Source: Dehalococcoidales bacterium
Lineage (GTDB): Bacteria > Chloroflexota > Dehalococcoidia > Dehalococcoidales > UBA5760
Assembly (NCBI GenBank): GCA_034414575.1
Contig: DAOULZ010000012.1
Coordinates: 3,035-67,034 of the forward strand
Reading direction: 5' to 3'
Length of the DNA stretch: 64,000 bases
The translations under genes were made by a program, and so were the position numbers. The notes below the pieces were generated by a model, which was given only the letters and a program-made list of their open reading frames with translations, had not been told where the DNA came from and did no database searches. Position 1 is the stretch's first letter; every line of letters begins with the position of its first letter. Shown here piece after piece: positions 19,610-28,390 of the stretch.

Positions 19610-20100
19610 GTGTTCACAAATCAGCTACTGAATGAGTTTATCACATCAAGGTCAGCAGGAACAAGCCCTAAGACAATAATCCTCTATCATTATGCTCTGG
19701 ACAGATTCATAGGGTATCACCACCTAGAAGACAAAGGAAGATACTACCAGCTATTAGCAAAGAGCAACTGGACACTATCATTTCTTATTGCCACTGTGAA
19801 AGGGATAGAGCAATCCTGAATCTACTGTGGTATAGCGGTATGAGGGTTAGTGAGTGTGCTGGTGTGAAGGTGAAAGACTTCAATTTTGAGATTACCACCA
19901 AAGGCATTAAGACAATGATACAAAGGTTATCCCATGAATAAGGTATCAAGTCTCAGCTCATGCTCTACGAAGGGGAATGGCTATCCACAACTTGAAGCAG
20001 GGTTTACCTACCCGTATTGTCCAAGACCTCGTCATTTGATGATGCCCTTCAGGTCTATCACAATGTGAATGGTCAAATCGAAGAAGGTTCACAACGGTAG
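19610..20100 (+). pseudogene. tyrosine recombinase/integrase relic (multiple frameshifts and internal deletions)
   Basis: Integrase signatures are scattered over three frames: N-terminal SAM-like segment (TSPKTIILYHYALDRF), box I (RAILNLLWYSGMRVSE), box II (SAHALRRGMA) and the Tyr region (LQVYHNV). The total span is under 500 nt. Confidence 0.75.
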
Positions 20101-20294
20101 TTACCTTTTAAGACAGTCTCAAGTTCTATGAGGCACCGCTAGTTTAACATATTGAGCTAGCAATAGTATTCTGTCTTCGGTTTCTAAGACTCGCTGTTGT
20201 CTTTGAACTAAATATACTGTATAATATCACACTTATCCATATGGATTTTATTTGCTGTAACGCATACATAGTATAATCTAGTAATAAATATGTA

Positions 20295-21026
20295 GTGAAC
20301 AAAGTGGCGAAACCAAGAAATTTCAGGCTTATTTATATAATCTTGGTCGCTCTATCGGGGTTATTCCTATACCTCCGGTATGTGACAGACAATGAATTCA
20401 TGTTTCATTTAGCTGCGATACCGCTCGAAGTGTTGCTTGCCTTATTCGTAGTCCAAAGAGTTTTTGAGAATATCAGAAACCAAGACAAGCGACGGCAATT
20501 AATGTATATTAAGAGTTATATATTTAGAGCGGAGTTGTGTAGTCTTTACGTATCTAATTTTCGTGCATTGGATTACCCAACGGTAAATATGAGACAGATT
20601 AAGGATTCAACACTAGAAGAGTTGAATCTAATTAGAAAAGAGGCAGAAAACACAAAGTATAAATCGTTAGAGGCAATGCAGCGCGTTGTTGACGAGTATG
20701 TTAAATCTCAACACGTGTGGCATGATATCATGGAAAGGGCAATTACATACGATTTTCAAGATGAGTTTGAGAGTATGATAGAGATTCTACATTTTACTCA
20801 TGATGTTAAAGTTTTTAGGGGCACAAAGCCAGGTGAGAAGTTCGTTAACGAAGCACGGAAGAATAGTATTATGATGAGTAAGGTGGAAGAGATTTTGGGT
20901 AATGGGATTCGTGCTTTTTTAGATTATGCTATAGAGCTGAAGGAAAGACATCCAAAAATGTTTTTGGATATGATGTCGGATTATGAACTTGTCTGGGAAG
21001 CCTCAGGTAAAGGTTCAACCATGTAA
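20295..21026 (+). CDS. hypothetical membrane protein (2 N-terminal TM helices plus helical cytoplasmic domain)
   Basis: 243-aa ORF in very AT-rich DNA with two hydrophobic spans near the N-terminus. No recognisable motif. Confidence 0.5.
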   Translation: MNKVAKPRNFRLIYIILVALSGLFLYLRYVTDNEFMFHLAAIPLEVLLALFVVQRVFENIRNQDKRRQLMYIKSYIFRAELCSLYVSNFRALDYPTVNMRQIKDSTLEELNLIRKEAENTKYKSLEAMQRVVDEYVKSQHVWHDIMERAITYDFQDEFESMIEILHFTHDVKVFRGTKPGEKFVNEARKNSIMMSKVEEILGNGIRAFLDYAIELKERHPKMFLDMMSDYELVWEASGKGSTM

Positions 21027-21676
21027 CTACCACACTCCCACAATATCTGCTGGTCAACCCCCTAAGAACGAGCTCCAAGCGTGCCTAGCTAGGCCACATA
21101 ATCTCAAAGCAAGTAGTTAAAGCTAGATTGTTCACGAACTGGAGAGAATCTTGAGGCTGGTCGAAGCTATCCTAGGGGGTACGGAGAACTGAATGTCGTC
21201 AACGCTTTCCGTAAATGACTTTGGGATGTCTTCTATATGCGAGTATTCAATTGGCTCAGCCCCCTTGTTTTCGAAACTTAGTATGATCTTTACATTCAAT
21301 AATCCAGAATCGCTTTCTTCGAATTCCAGGCTCCGGTCTACGAGTAGATTCTAGCGACCTCTTCTGTTTCAAACTAAAGACATATGGTAATTATCTTTTT
21401 CACTCTTCCCACTCCTTTCTTATAAGTATTCACTATAGTGGGAGTTTAATTATAATTCTTAATTTAACAATGTTAAGATGACTTATCCTGGCTATTCCTC
21501 ACCATTTTATTTGCTGACGTAGATACGCAAACGGTAACTATAACGGTGACACGAAGGGATGAGCGTGCCATAGGATAACCTAGGTATCGAAGTTGTTGCT
21601 CCGCGCAGAGCGGACGACCTAGTGGCCCCGGTCATTGCCTCTCACACCGGCGGTGAAGAATTCGAGCTTTCGCTAG

Positions 21677-21973
21677 ATGGAAGCGTATTTGCTGTGCGCC
21701 CCCGATAATCTGGAGCTCAATGCGCCTTGGAGTGTTGACGTCACGCTTCGCATAACACCTAACGTAACTGATAAGGTGACTAAGGTTGAGTGCAGGCCTG
21801 GCGTTCCTATTGGTGCTGTTGCATTTGAAGAGGAGTCGTCAGGTACTACCACAGGAAGCTCCGTTTCCTACACCGATGAGGCAGGCACCTGGACGATAAG
21901 CGCCGAGGGAGGTTATGTCTGGGACTGGCGAGCTAGTTCTCCCGAGGACTACTGGGTAGTTTTGATAGAATAG
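21677..21973 (+). CDS. hypothetical protein, possibly the tail of a decayed larger gene
   Basis: 98-aa ORF. Open stretches in other frames immediately upstream (21500-21720) also look like coding sequence, suggesting gene decay. Confidence 0.3.
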   Translation: MEAYLLCAPDNLELNAPWSVDVTLRITPNVTDKVTKVECRPGVPIGAVAFEEESSGTTTGSSVSYTDEAGTWTISAEGGYVWDWRASSPEDYWVVLIE

Positions 21974-21993
21974 TTAATGCAGCACCATAGCTT

Positions 21994-22377
21994 ATGAAAG
22001 GCAAAGTTACAGCAACTTCAGGCCTTCTGAAAGAGAATCTTAACTTTGAAGTTAATTACGCAGATGAAGATCCTCCTTGGTATATCCGCGTTTATGTGGA
22101 CGATTTTGCCAAAGACATGAAATATGCACGCGGGGGAGAACGGGGCTACGCTGAAGGTGCTGTCTTTAGTTACACGACTACTTTGAGACTGGGGCAGCAT
22201 ACCTATTACTTCGAAGCTAGTGATGGCTCTTTAATTGCCAGATTCTCTGAGAACGGATCACTTGAAATGCGGGTAGAGACTTCCAGGTTACCCTTTTGGA
22301 CTATCATTACAATAGCATTGGGTTTAGGCTTGGGAACATTTTTCTTCGTTAGAAGAATGAGGAGAATTACATCGTAA
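21994..22377 (+). CDS. hypothetical protein with C-terminal LPFW-TM-RRMRR anchor
   Basis: 127 aa with the C-terminal tail LPFWTIITIALGLGLGTFFFVRRMRRITS. Confidence 0.5.
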   Translation: MKGKVTATSGLLKENLNFEVNYADEDPPWYIRVYVDDFAKDMKYARGGERGYAEGAVFSYTTTLRLGQHTYYFEASDGSLIARFSENGSLEMRVETSRLPFWTIITIALGLGLGTFFFVRRMRRITS

Positions 22378-22519
22378 ATTTCTTTAGGTGTCTACCAAAC
22401 AAAGGGCGGATTGACTAACCCGTAGACTATGCGTCAGTCCCTCAGATTACTAACTTTTAAATCGATTTTCCGTTATTTATAATAAAGGGCGGCAAATCTG
22501 AATATGGGAGGTAATTCAA

Positions 22520-23818
22520 ATGAAGAAGGTATTGGTCTGGCTATCTATGGTGATTCTACTTATTCCGGTAACAGCCTGCTCCCAGCCGACAGCAAGTCCG
22601 GAAGGAGGTCCGGCTGTAGCCGGCGTAATACAATCAGACAAGCCGCGAGTGACCTCACCGCAGGTAAGTGAAACTGAACTAACGCCTCTGGTCGAGGGGA
22701 ATAACGCCTTCGCCTTCGAGCTCTATCAGGCACTCAATGGGGAGGATGACAATCTCTTCTACTCCCCCTACAGCATATCGCTGGCGTTGGTGATGACCTA
22801 TGCTGGCGCCCGAGGCGAGACCGAACAGCAGATGGCCGATACCCTCCATTTCACTCTCCCTCAAAACCGCCTGCATCCAGCCTTCAACAGCCTTGATATG
22901 GAGCTCGGGAAGCGTGGTGAGGGCGCCGAGGGGAAGGATGATGAGGGCTTTCGACTGAATATCGTTAATGCTATCTGGGGACAGAAAGGTTATCATTTCC
23001 TGCCCACTTTCCTTGACGTGCTGGCGGAGAACTACGGCGCCGGACTCAGAACCCTGGACTTTGCCGGAGCGCCGGAAGAGTCCCGCCTCATCATTAACGA
23101 CTGGGCCAGTGACCAGACGGAGGGTCGCATCGAAGAGCTGATACCAAAGGGCATGATTGATATACTCACCAGGCTTGTCCTCACCAATGCCATTTACTTC
23201 AACGCAGCCTGGCAGTACCCCTTTAGTGAAGGGGCAACCGTAGATAGCCAGTTCTATCTGCTTGACGGCGGAGCGGTAACCGCGCCCATGATGAGCCAGA
23301 CGGAGTCGTTCGGCTATGCCGAAGGTGATGACTATCAGGCGGTCGAGCTACTGTATGACGGTGGCGAACTATCGATGGTAATCCTGCTGCCGCGGGAGGG
23401 CCATTTCGAGGCGTTCGAAGAGTCGCTGGATGCCGAGCGAGTGGGCGCTATCATAGGCGCCCTGGAGCCAAGCCAGGTCGCCCTGGCTATACCCAAATTC
23501 GAGTTTGATTCAGCCTTCAAGATGAGGGAGACCCTTATAGCGATGGGTATGCCGGTGGCTTTTGCCGGAGACGCAGACTTTTCCGGGATGACAGGCGGTC
23601 GCGAACTGTTTATCTCGCAGGTGGTTCATAAGGCGTTTGTTTCGGTGGATGAAGCCGGTACGGAAGCAGCCGCGGCTACCGCAGTTATTATGAAGGTGAC
23701 AGCGCTGCCGACGACGCCGATTGAATTTACGGCCAATCGCCCCTTCATATTCCTGATTCGTGATATTGAGACCGACAGCCTGCTGTTCATAGGCCGTGTT
23801 TTGAACCCGGCTAGTTAA
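22520..23818 (+). CDS. serpin-family serine protease inhibitor, secreted/lipoprotein
   Basis: Signal peptide with Cys (PVTAC). Serpin body (FSPYSISLAL.M.Y.GA.GET). Inhibitory-type hinge EAGTEAAAATAV followed by FTANRPFIFLI. Confidence 0.9.
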   Translation: MKKVLVWLSMVILLIPVTACSQPTASPEGGPAVAGVIQSDKPRVTSPQVSETELTPLVEGNNAFAFELYQALNGEDDNLFYSPYSISLALVMTYAGARGETEQQMADTLHFTLPQNRLHPAFNSLDMELGKRGEGAEGKDDEGFRLNIVNAIWGQKGYHFLPTFLDVLAENYGAGLRTLDFAGAPEESRLIINDWASDQTEGRIEELIPKGMIDILTRLVLTNAIYFNAAWQYPFSEGATVDSQFYLLDGGAVTAPMMSQTESFGYAEGDDYQAVELLYDGGELSMVILLPREGHFEAFEESLDAERVGAIIGALEPSQVALAIPKFEFDSAFKMRETLIAMGMPVAFAGDADFSGMTGGRELFISQVVHKAFVSVDEAGTEAAAATAVIMKVTALPTTPIEFTANRPFIFLIRDIETDSLLFIGRVLNPAS

Positions 23819-23877
23819 ACTCCTCATAAACCTCGGCTGAGTCACCAGAGGCAACGTGAGAAAGGTAGGTCAAAGCT

Positions 23878-25026
23878 ATGAGACTAGCCACGTTCGGGAG
23901 GACACTCGTCGCCACATCATTTAGCCTCTTATTAATCCTGGCGGGATGCACGCCGACAGTGCCCGAGCCCCAGCCACTACCATCCTCAGGCCCGGTAGTG
24001 GTCAAACAGACGGGTGGTGCTTGTGCCCTAATTGCCGAATGTCGGGATAGACAATACATTATCAATACTGCTGATTACATCGTCGAGGGTACGGTGCGGG
24101 GGGTTGAAAGCAAATGGAATGAAGATAAGACTAGCATTCTTACCTATACTGACCTGTCGATAGAGAGGTATGTGAAAGGTGCCCCATTTGCTCAAGATAG
24201 GCTGCAAATCATCACACCGGGCGGCACGGTTGGTGATGTCACCCAATTAGTCGAAGACCAGCCAATCTTTCATGAGGGGAAAAGGGTTCGTATATACTTT
24301 CAGGAGATCGACGGCGAATTCCATATCGTCTGCGCACAGTTTGGGGTGGAGGAGCTGCAGGTAACGAGTGGCCTGAATATGCAAAACCCCGATCAAGCTA
24401 GAGCCAGCGAGATAGTAGTCATAAAGATAACTGATAATGAGGGTAAGCCTGTATCAGGAGCGCGTATCTACAGTACTGTACAATTGGGAGATACAATTAA
24501 TGCTGCACACCTGGGAGATACGGCTGGAGATGGCAGTCTGGCGACCTTCTTTAAAGATCCCAGCGATTACGAGCTATCTGCTAGGACAGGAAAAGTCGGA
24601 GAGCCAGGATTTGCTGAGGCAAAAGGCATAGGCATGATAAACATAATCCCCAGCACTATCGAGTTTCAGGCTTTTGATGGAATAACACCGCTTATGCCAC
24701 CAGGTCAAACCTTTACCGGAGAGCAGCATTATAAGCCAGGGATGATAGTCAGGTTCAGTTTCAAAAACACTGGTGAAAGAGAAATAATCCTGAACAATTC
24801 AGCTCCCTGGAAGATACAAAGCCGGGAAGGGGAAATAATCTTTGAACCTATTACTCTACAGGCTGTAGTCCAGTTGGCACCTGGCGAAGATAAGGAGTGG
24901 ACCTGGAATCAGAAAGATAAGGATGAGCGCCAGGTAAGCGAGGGTGGCTACATCATAGTCCTCAAATGTTCCGAGGGTGAATATGGCCTCCGTTTTGGGC
25001 TTATACCTGAAAATATGATGCCATAG
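23878..25026 (+). CDS. putative lipoprotein with carboxypeptidase-regulatory-like beta domain
   Basis: Lipobox LILAGC and the segment KITDNEGKPVSGARIYS, typical of CarboxypepD_reg-like folds. Confidence 0.5.
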   Translation: MRLATFGRTLVATSFSLLLILAGCTPTVPEPQPLPSSGPVVVKQTGGACALIAECRDRQYIINTADYIVEGTVRGVESKWNEDKTSILTYTDLSIERYVKGAPFAQDRLQIITPGGTVGDVTQLVEDQPIFHEGKRVRIYFQEIDGEFHIVCAQFGVEELQVTSGLNMQNPDQARASEIVVIKITDNEGKPVSGARIYSTVQLGDTINAAHLGDTAGDGSLATFFKDPSDYELSARTGKVGEPGFAEAKGIGMINIIPSTIEFQAFDGITPLMPPGQTFTGEQHYKPGMIVRFSFKNTGEREIILNNSAPWKIQSREGEIIFEPITLQAVVQLAPGEDKEWTWNQKDKDERQVSEGGYIIVLKCSEGEYGLRFGLIPENMMP

Positions 25027-25154
25027 GCCATCATCCGGCATCTCGTAAAGGATAACCCAAAAAGCGTGAAAAACGGAAATGAGGTTAAAACTCGACTTGG
25101 TATGAAGTTCACCGGAACCCATTCCAGATAAACACGACTCTGATGATCGTTAAC

Positions 25155-25202
25155 CTCGTCCCTACGAGATCCAGGATTCGCTTCTAGCTTCGTAGGGGCG
25201 AG
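25155..25202. repeat. 13-bp-stem inverted repeat (hairpin) with a third arm copy downstream
   Basis: CTCGTCCCTACGA (25155-25167) pairs with TCGTAGGGGCGAG (25190-25202), with one G-U. TCGTCCCTACA recurs at 25246-25256. Confidence 0.6.
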
Positions 25203-25508
25203 TAGCGTTCTTCGTTCTTAAGAAATTTGGCCGCTGCACATAGTATCGTCCCTACAAGACCGCGTTATGGATAATGGGCTGACACGTCCTAGCGAGACCA
25301 TGCATTCCGATGCTATGCCCATCATGTAGCTATAAATCATTTAGGTAACTATCCCCTAGAAGCACGTAACTGTGCGCCAAATAGCAAGACAGGCTTCAAG
25401 CTCAAGTTGTCAAAGCCTTCCGCCTGTCTGCTTGGGTTCTTGTTCCCTTGGTCGACCGTCATTAGTAGACTACTACTTTTATATCACTTTGTCAATACCC
25501 TGTTGTGT

Positions 25509-25581
25509 GGGGGTGAAGGGACTTAAACCCATATGTGTTCGATTAACGGTCGACTGCTTTATCAATTAAGCTACACCCCCA
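25509..25581 (-). tRNA. degenerate tRNA-like element (anticodon loop CCGTTAA, nominally GTT/Asn); possible pseudo-tRNA
   Basis: The reverse complement gives GGGGGTG/CACCCCC acceptor, GCTT/AAGC D stem, GTCGA-CCGTTAA-TCGAA anticodon arm and ATGGG-TTTAAGT-CCCTT T arm. C replaces U33, there is no GG in the D loop, T replaces C56 and no CCA is encoded. Confidence 0.45.
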
Positions 25582-25608
25582 CACGTGATTATACTACTGA
25601 GCCCTTCA

Positions 25609-25630
25609 TTGTCAAATCCCCCTTGACAAT
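25609..25630. repeat. perfect 8-bp inverted repeat ATTGTCAA-N6-TTGACAAT (possible operator)
   Basis: Read directly from the sequence. It lies about 90 nt upstream of the ATG at 25718 and contains a TTGACA hexamer. Confidence 0.5.
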
Positions 25631-25717
25631 CCTTGGGGGTGGGTGTTCACTATGATCAACTATCTTAGTGGCACTTACAACTACAAGAAACTTGAGTTAC
25701 CAGAAGGGGGTGTGAAT

Positions 25718-26203
25718 ATGCCAGAGGAGTTAACAAAAAACATCAAAGAACGAGTTCAAAAGATGCTCTTGGGCGATGGTTGGACACTGGTTGACTTGAC
25801 TACCAAAGAAACGATTTGGGCATGGATAGCAGAAGACCCAATGCATAGGAAGCTTGTTATTGGGCAAAGGGTGGGCAGAGAAGACGAGTTGATAATTCAG
25901 GCCTCAGTAAACATAACTTCAGATACAACCACTAGAATGAACGGTCTTTCTGAGAAGGAGCGCAACGAATTCTTGTGGGATTTACGTTTTGAATTACTCA
26001 GAACGAATCTTGAGTTTGAAGGTATTAGCCTTCCCCTCAAACAGATAATAGTGAGTGAGCGAATATGCCTAGATGCACTCTCAAAGGATGCTGTTCTACA
26101 ACGTGCATCTGAAGTTCGTAAGGGACTGCTAATCGTGTTGTGGATGATTGCCCGAAAGTTCGGCCAGCCACCACCACCAAGACAATTAGGTTTCATTAAA
26201 TAG
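25718..26203 (+). CDS. hypothetical protein (faintly YbjN/DUF2299-like)
   Basis: Start chosen at the ATG preceded by AAGGGGGTG. 161 aa. The family resemblance is from memory only. Confidence 0.45.
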   Translation: MPEELTKNIKERVQKMLLGDGWTLVDLTTKETIWAWIAEDPMHRKLVIGQRVGREDELIIQASVNITSDTTTRMNGLSEKERNEFLWDLRFELLRTNLEFEGISLPLKQIIVSERICLDALSKDAVLQRASEVRKGLLIVLWMIARKFGQPPPPRQLGFIK

Positions 26204-26217
26204 GAGGGTTAAACATA

Positions 26218-26400
26218 ATGGTAGAAGGAATGCCCAAGGAAGAAAGAATTGGCTTGGGGTTAGAAGAGATACCACCTGAAGCGAGCAACGACCTAAATTT
26301 AGAATCCTCTTTTACACAGAAGGATTTCGAGGATGCTCTTGCAAAGGTGTTCCCGTTCACTGAGGAACTCCAAGCTGACCAAGAATCGTCAAAAACATAG
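26218..26400 (+). CDS. small acidic hypothetical protein; its 3' end overlaps the transposase gene
   Basis: AGGAGGG RBS. The last 44 nt (about 14 codons) overlap the convergent IS transposase ORF, so the native C-terminus may have been replaced. Confidence 0.3.
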   Translation: MVEGMPKEERIGLGLEEIPPEASNDLNLESSFTQKDFEDALAKVFPFTEELQADQESSKT

Positions 26401-27217
26401 GTATCCTGTCTTTTCGGTGGTTGTAACGGAAGGCATACTCATCGAGGTATGTTTGGAGGTACTTAGGGCTGACAGAATGATAGACACCAGAGATACCACG
26501 TTTAATCAAAGACCAGAAACCCTCAATACAATTGGTATGAATATGTCCCCTAACATAGACTCTGGCACTATGTTCAATTCTATGATGTTTATAACCAATC
26601 CTAGTCATGTGGTCATAGGATGGAAATTCATCAGTATAGAGGATAGCTTTTCGGTTAACCTTTTGGTTAATAAAGGGAACAATACTGTGTCTTTTAACAT
26701 CGGGGACTACTTTGGCAATGACTTTGCCATTCCTTTGCGCAGCACCAATCACCTTGGATTTGCCTTCTGCACCTCTCCCACGCTTACCTTCTCTTCTTCC
26801 GCCGATATATGTCTCATCAACTTCAACTTGCCCATGCAAAGGATCAGTATCCTGGTTCAGCAATTTACGAATTTGTGTAAACATTCTCCATGCCGTTTTG
26901 TAGGTAACGCCGAATTCCCTTTGCAGTTGCTTCGCAGAAATACCACAGCGGGTAGATGCCATCAGATAAATAGCATACAACCAAAAGCGGAGAGGAGTAG
27001 AAGACTTGCGGAGAATGGTTTTAGCCATAGGGTATGTATGCGTTCCACAAATATCACAGCTATAAGCAGTTCTCCCCCTTATCCGATAGTGCTTTGTTAC
27101 CTTTTGACACTTGGGGCAACGAATACCATTGGGATACAGATGATTTACCAACCACTCCAAACAAGAATCATCATCGGGGAATTGTTTGTTAAAATCTTGT
27201 ATCGTATACTTTTCCAT
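26357..27217 (-). CDS. IS1595-family (ISXO2-like) transposase
   Basis: N-terminal transposase zinc ribbon (CPKCQ...CDICG), an HTH segment (ISAKQLQREFGVTYKTAWRM) and a DDE-type ISXO2-like core (VEVDETYIGG ... YTDEFPSY ... CIEGFWS). Start set at the ATG with an AGGAGGG RBS. Confidence 0.9.
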   Translation of the reverse strand: MEKYTIQDFNKQFPDDDSCLEWLVNHLYPNGIRCPKCQKVTKHYRIRGRTAYSCDICGTHTYPMAKTILRKSSTPLRFWLYAIYLMASTRCGISAKQLQREFGVTYKTAWRMFTQIRKLLNQDTDPLHGQVEVDETYIGGRREGKRGRGAEGKSKVIGAAQRNGKVIAKVVPDVKRHSIVPFINQKVNRKAILYTDEFPSYDHMTRIGYKHHRIEHSARVYVRGHIHTNCIEGFWSLIKRGISGVYHSVSPKYLQTYLDEYAFRYNHRKDRIPMFLTILGQLGVPQ

Positions 27218-27240
27218 CTCTCCATCCCTCCTATACACGT

Positions 27241-27269
27241 AGTATACCATATAATCCACGTGTTGTCAA
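27241..27269 (-). promoter_or_regulatory. sigma70-type promoter of the transposase gene
   Basis: On the minus strand: TTGACA (27269-27264), 17 nt, TATACT (27246-27241). Confidence 0.45.
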
Positions 27270-27592
27270 GGGATATTTACCATCATTTATCCTACAATGT
27301 TTTTTGCTACTATAGCCGCCTTAAACAGCGCTGGTCCGGAAACGCCACACAGCTATGATACCGAATACCGCAGCGAAGCCTATTAGGGCCAGGGAGGTGA
27401 GCACAGCTATAGCACCAGCACTGCGCTCGGTCTTAACCAGGGTAAGCAAATGAAACTCTTTGTAAAGAGGGTATTCCCGCCCAGCAGTCTTTCCCTTGAT
27501 CTAAAAATGCAGTTTCTGGGTCGTTGTCGCCAGAAGACAAATCGGAGTAAAATAGGGAAGACAAGTTATGAATATAAAGGGAGGCTACTCAT

Positions 27593-28390
27593 ATGGAATG
27601 GGGAATGGCTAATCGTATGGCGCAATTAATCCAATCAGACGGACATGCTCTTTTTTTGCCGGTAGACCATGGGTATTTTCAGGGTCCTACCAGAAGATTG
27701 GAGGAGCCGCGTAAAACTATTGAACCGCTGCTACCCTATGCGGATGCTATTTTCATTACCAGGGGGGTGTTACGCTCGTCAGTGGAGCCTAGCAACACCA
27801 AACCAATTATTCTCAGGGTGTCTGGGGGAACCAGCGTGGTGGGGAAGAACCTGGCTAACGAGGGAATTACTACCTCTATGGAGGAGGTTATCCGCCTCAA
27901 TGCTTCAGCGATAGGCATTTCTATCTTCGTGGGTAGCGATTATGAGAAGGAGTCTTTACTTAACCTGTCAAAGCTCGTCAGCGAGGGTGAAAGGTATGGC
28001 ATACCGGTAATGTCGGTGACCGCGGTGGGTAAAGAGCTTGAGAAGAGAGACGCGCGCTACCTGGCCCTGGCTTGTCGTATCGCCGCTGAGTTGGGGGCGC
28101 GGGTGGTGAAAACATACTGGTGTCCCGACTTTGATAGGGTGGTTCGCGGTTGCCCGGTTCCCGTAGTTATGGCTGGTGGCCCTCAGGTAGATACTGAACT
28201 TGAGGTGTTTCAGTTTGTCGATGATGGCATGCAGAAGGGTGCTATCGGGGTAAATCTGGGCCGGAACATCTGGCAGAATGACTATCCGGTAGCCATGATT
28301 AAGGCGATACGGGCTATTATTCACGATGGGGCTACCGCAGAACAAGCTCAAGAGTTATTTAGTGCGGAAAAAGAGGCGAAGACTCTGTGA
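27593..28390 (+). CDS. class I aldolase of the DhnA/LsrF/AroA' family
   Basis: 265 aa with FLPVDHGYFQGP near the N-terminus and a VKTYW Schiff-base lysine region, typical of DhnA-type aldolases. Confidence 0.75.
   Translation: MEWGMANRMAQLIQSDGHALFLPVDHGYFQGPTRRLEEPRKTIEPLLPYADAIFITRGVLRSSVEPSNTKPIILRVSGGTSVVGKNLANEGITTSMEEVIRLNASAIGISIFVGSDYEKESLLNLSKLVSEGERYGIPVMSVTAVGKELEKRDARYLALACRIAAELGARVVKTYWCPDFDRVVRGCPVPVVMAGGPQVDTELEVFQFVDDGMQKGAIGVNLGRNIWQNDYPVAMIKAIRAIIHDGATAEQAQELFSAEKEAKTL

Larger units (their letters stand above)
26330..27300 (-). mobile_element. IS1595-family insertion sequence (boundaries approximate)
   Basis: A single transposase gene with its own promoter, sized consistently with this family. 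I could not identify the terminal inverted repeats by eye. Confidence 0.5.

Noticed and set aside
21130-21360. Minus-strand open stretch of about 70 codons (NLLVDRSLEFEESDSG...IEDIPKSF...)
   Set aside because: It has no start codon or RBS and is flanked by stops. It is probably a fragment of a decayed gene, and I cannot assign it, so I did not annotate it.
18430-27300. Prophage interpretation of the accessory region
   Set aside because: No capsid, terminase, portal, tail or lysis genes are recognisable. Only an integrase relic and an IS are present, so a degraded integrative island is the more economical reading.
26200-27320. Terminal inverted repeats and target-site duplication of the IS1595 element
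   Set aside because: By eye I found only weak similarities (for example ATGGTA-containing segments near 26215 and 27285). That is not enough to define the ends, so the element boundaries are left approximate.
26333-27358. 341-aa plus-strand ORF, the longest ORF in this stretch
   Set aside because: It lies antisense to the well-supported IS1595 transposase gene, has no recognisable motifs and has an odd composition. It is a shadow ORF of the transposase reading frame.
27310-27490. Minus-strand start-less ORF ending in a TM helix plus WRFRTSAV
   Set aside because: There is no ATG or GTG with an RBS, only a possible TTG. It may be a truncated gene tail next to the IS, and the evidence is too weak for a CDS call.
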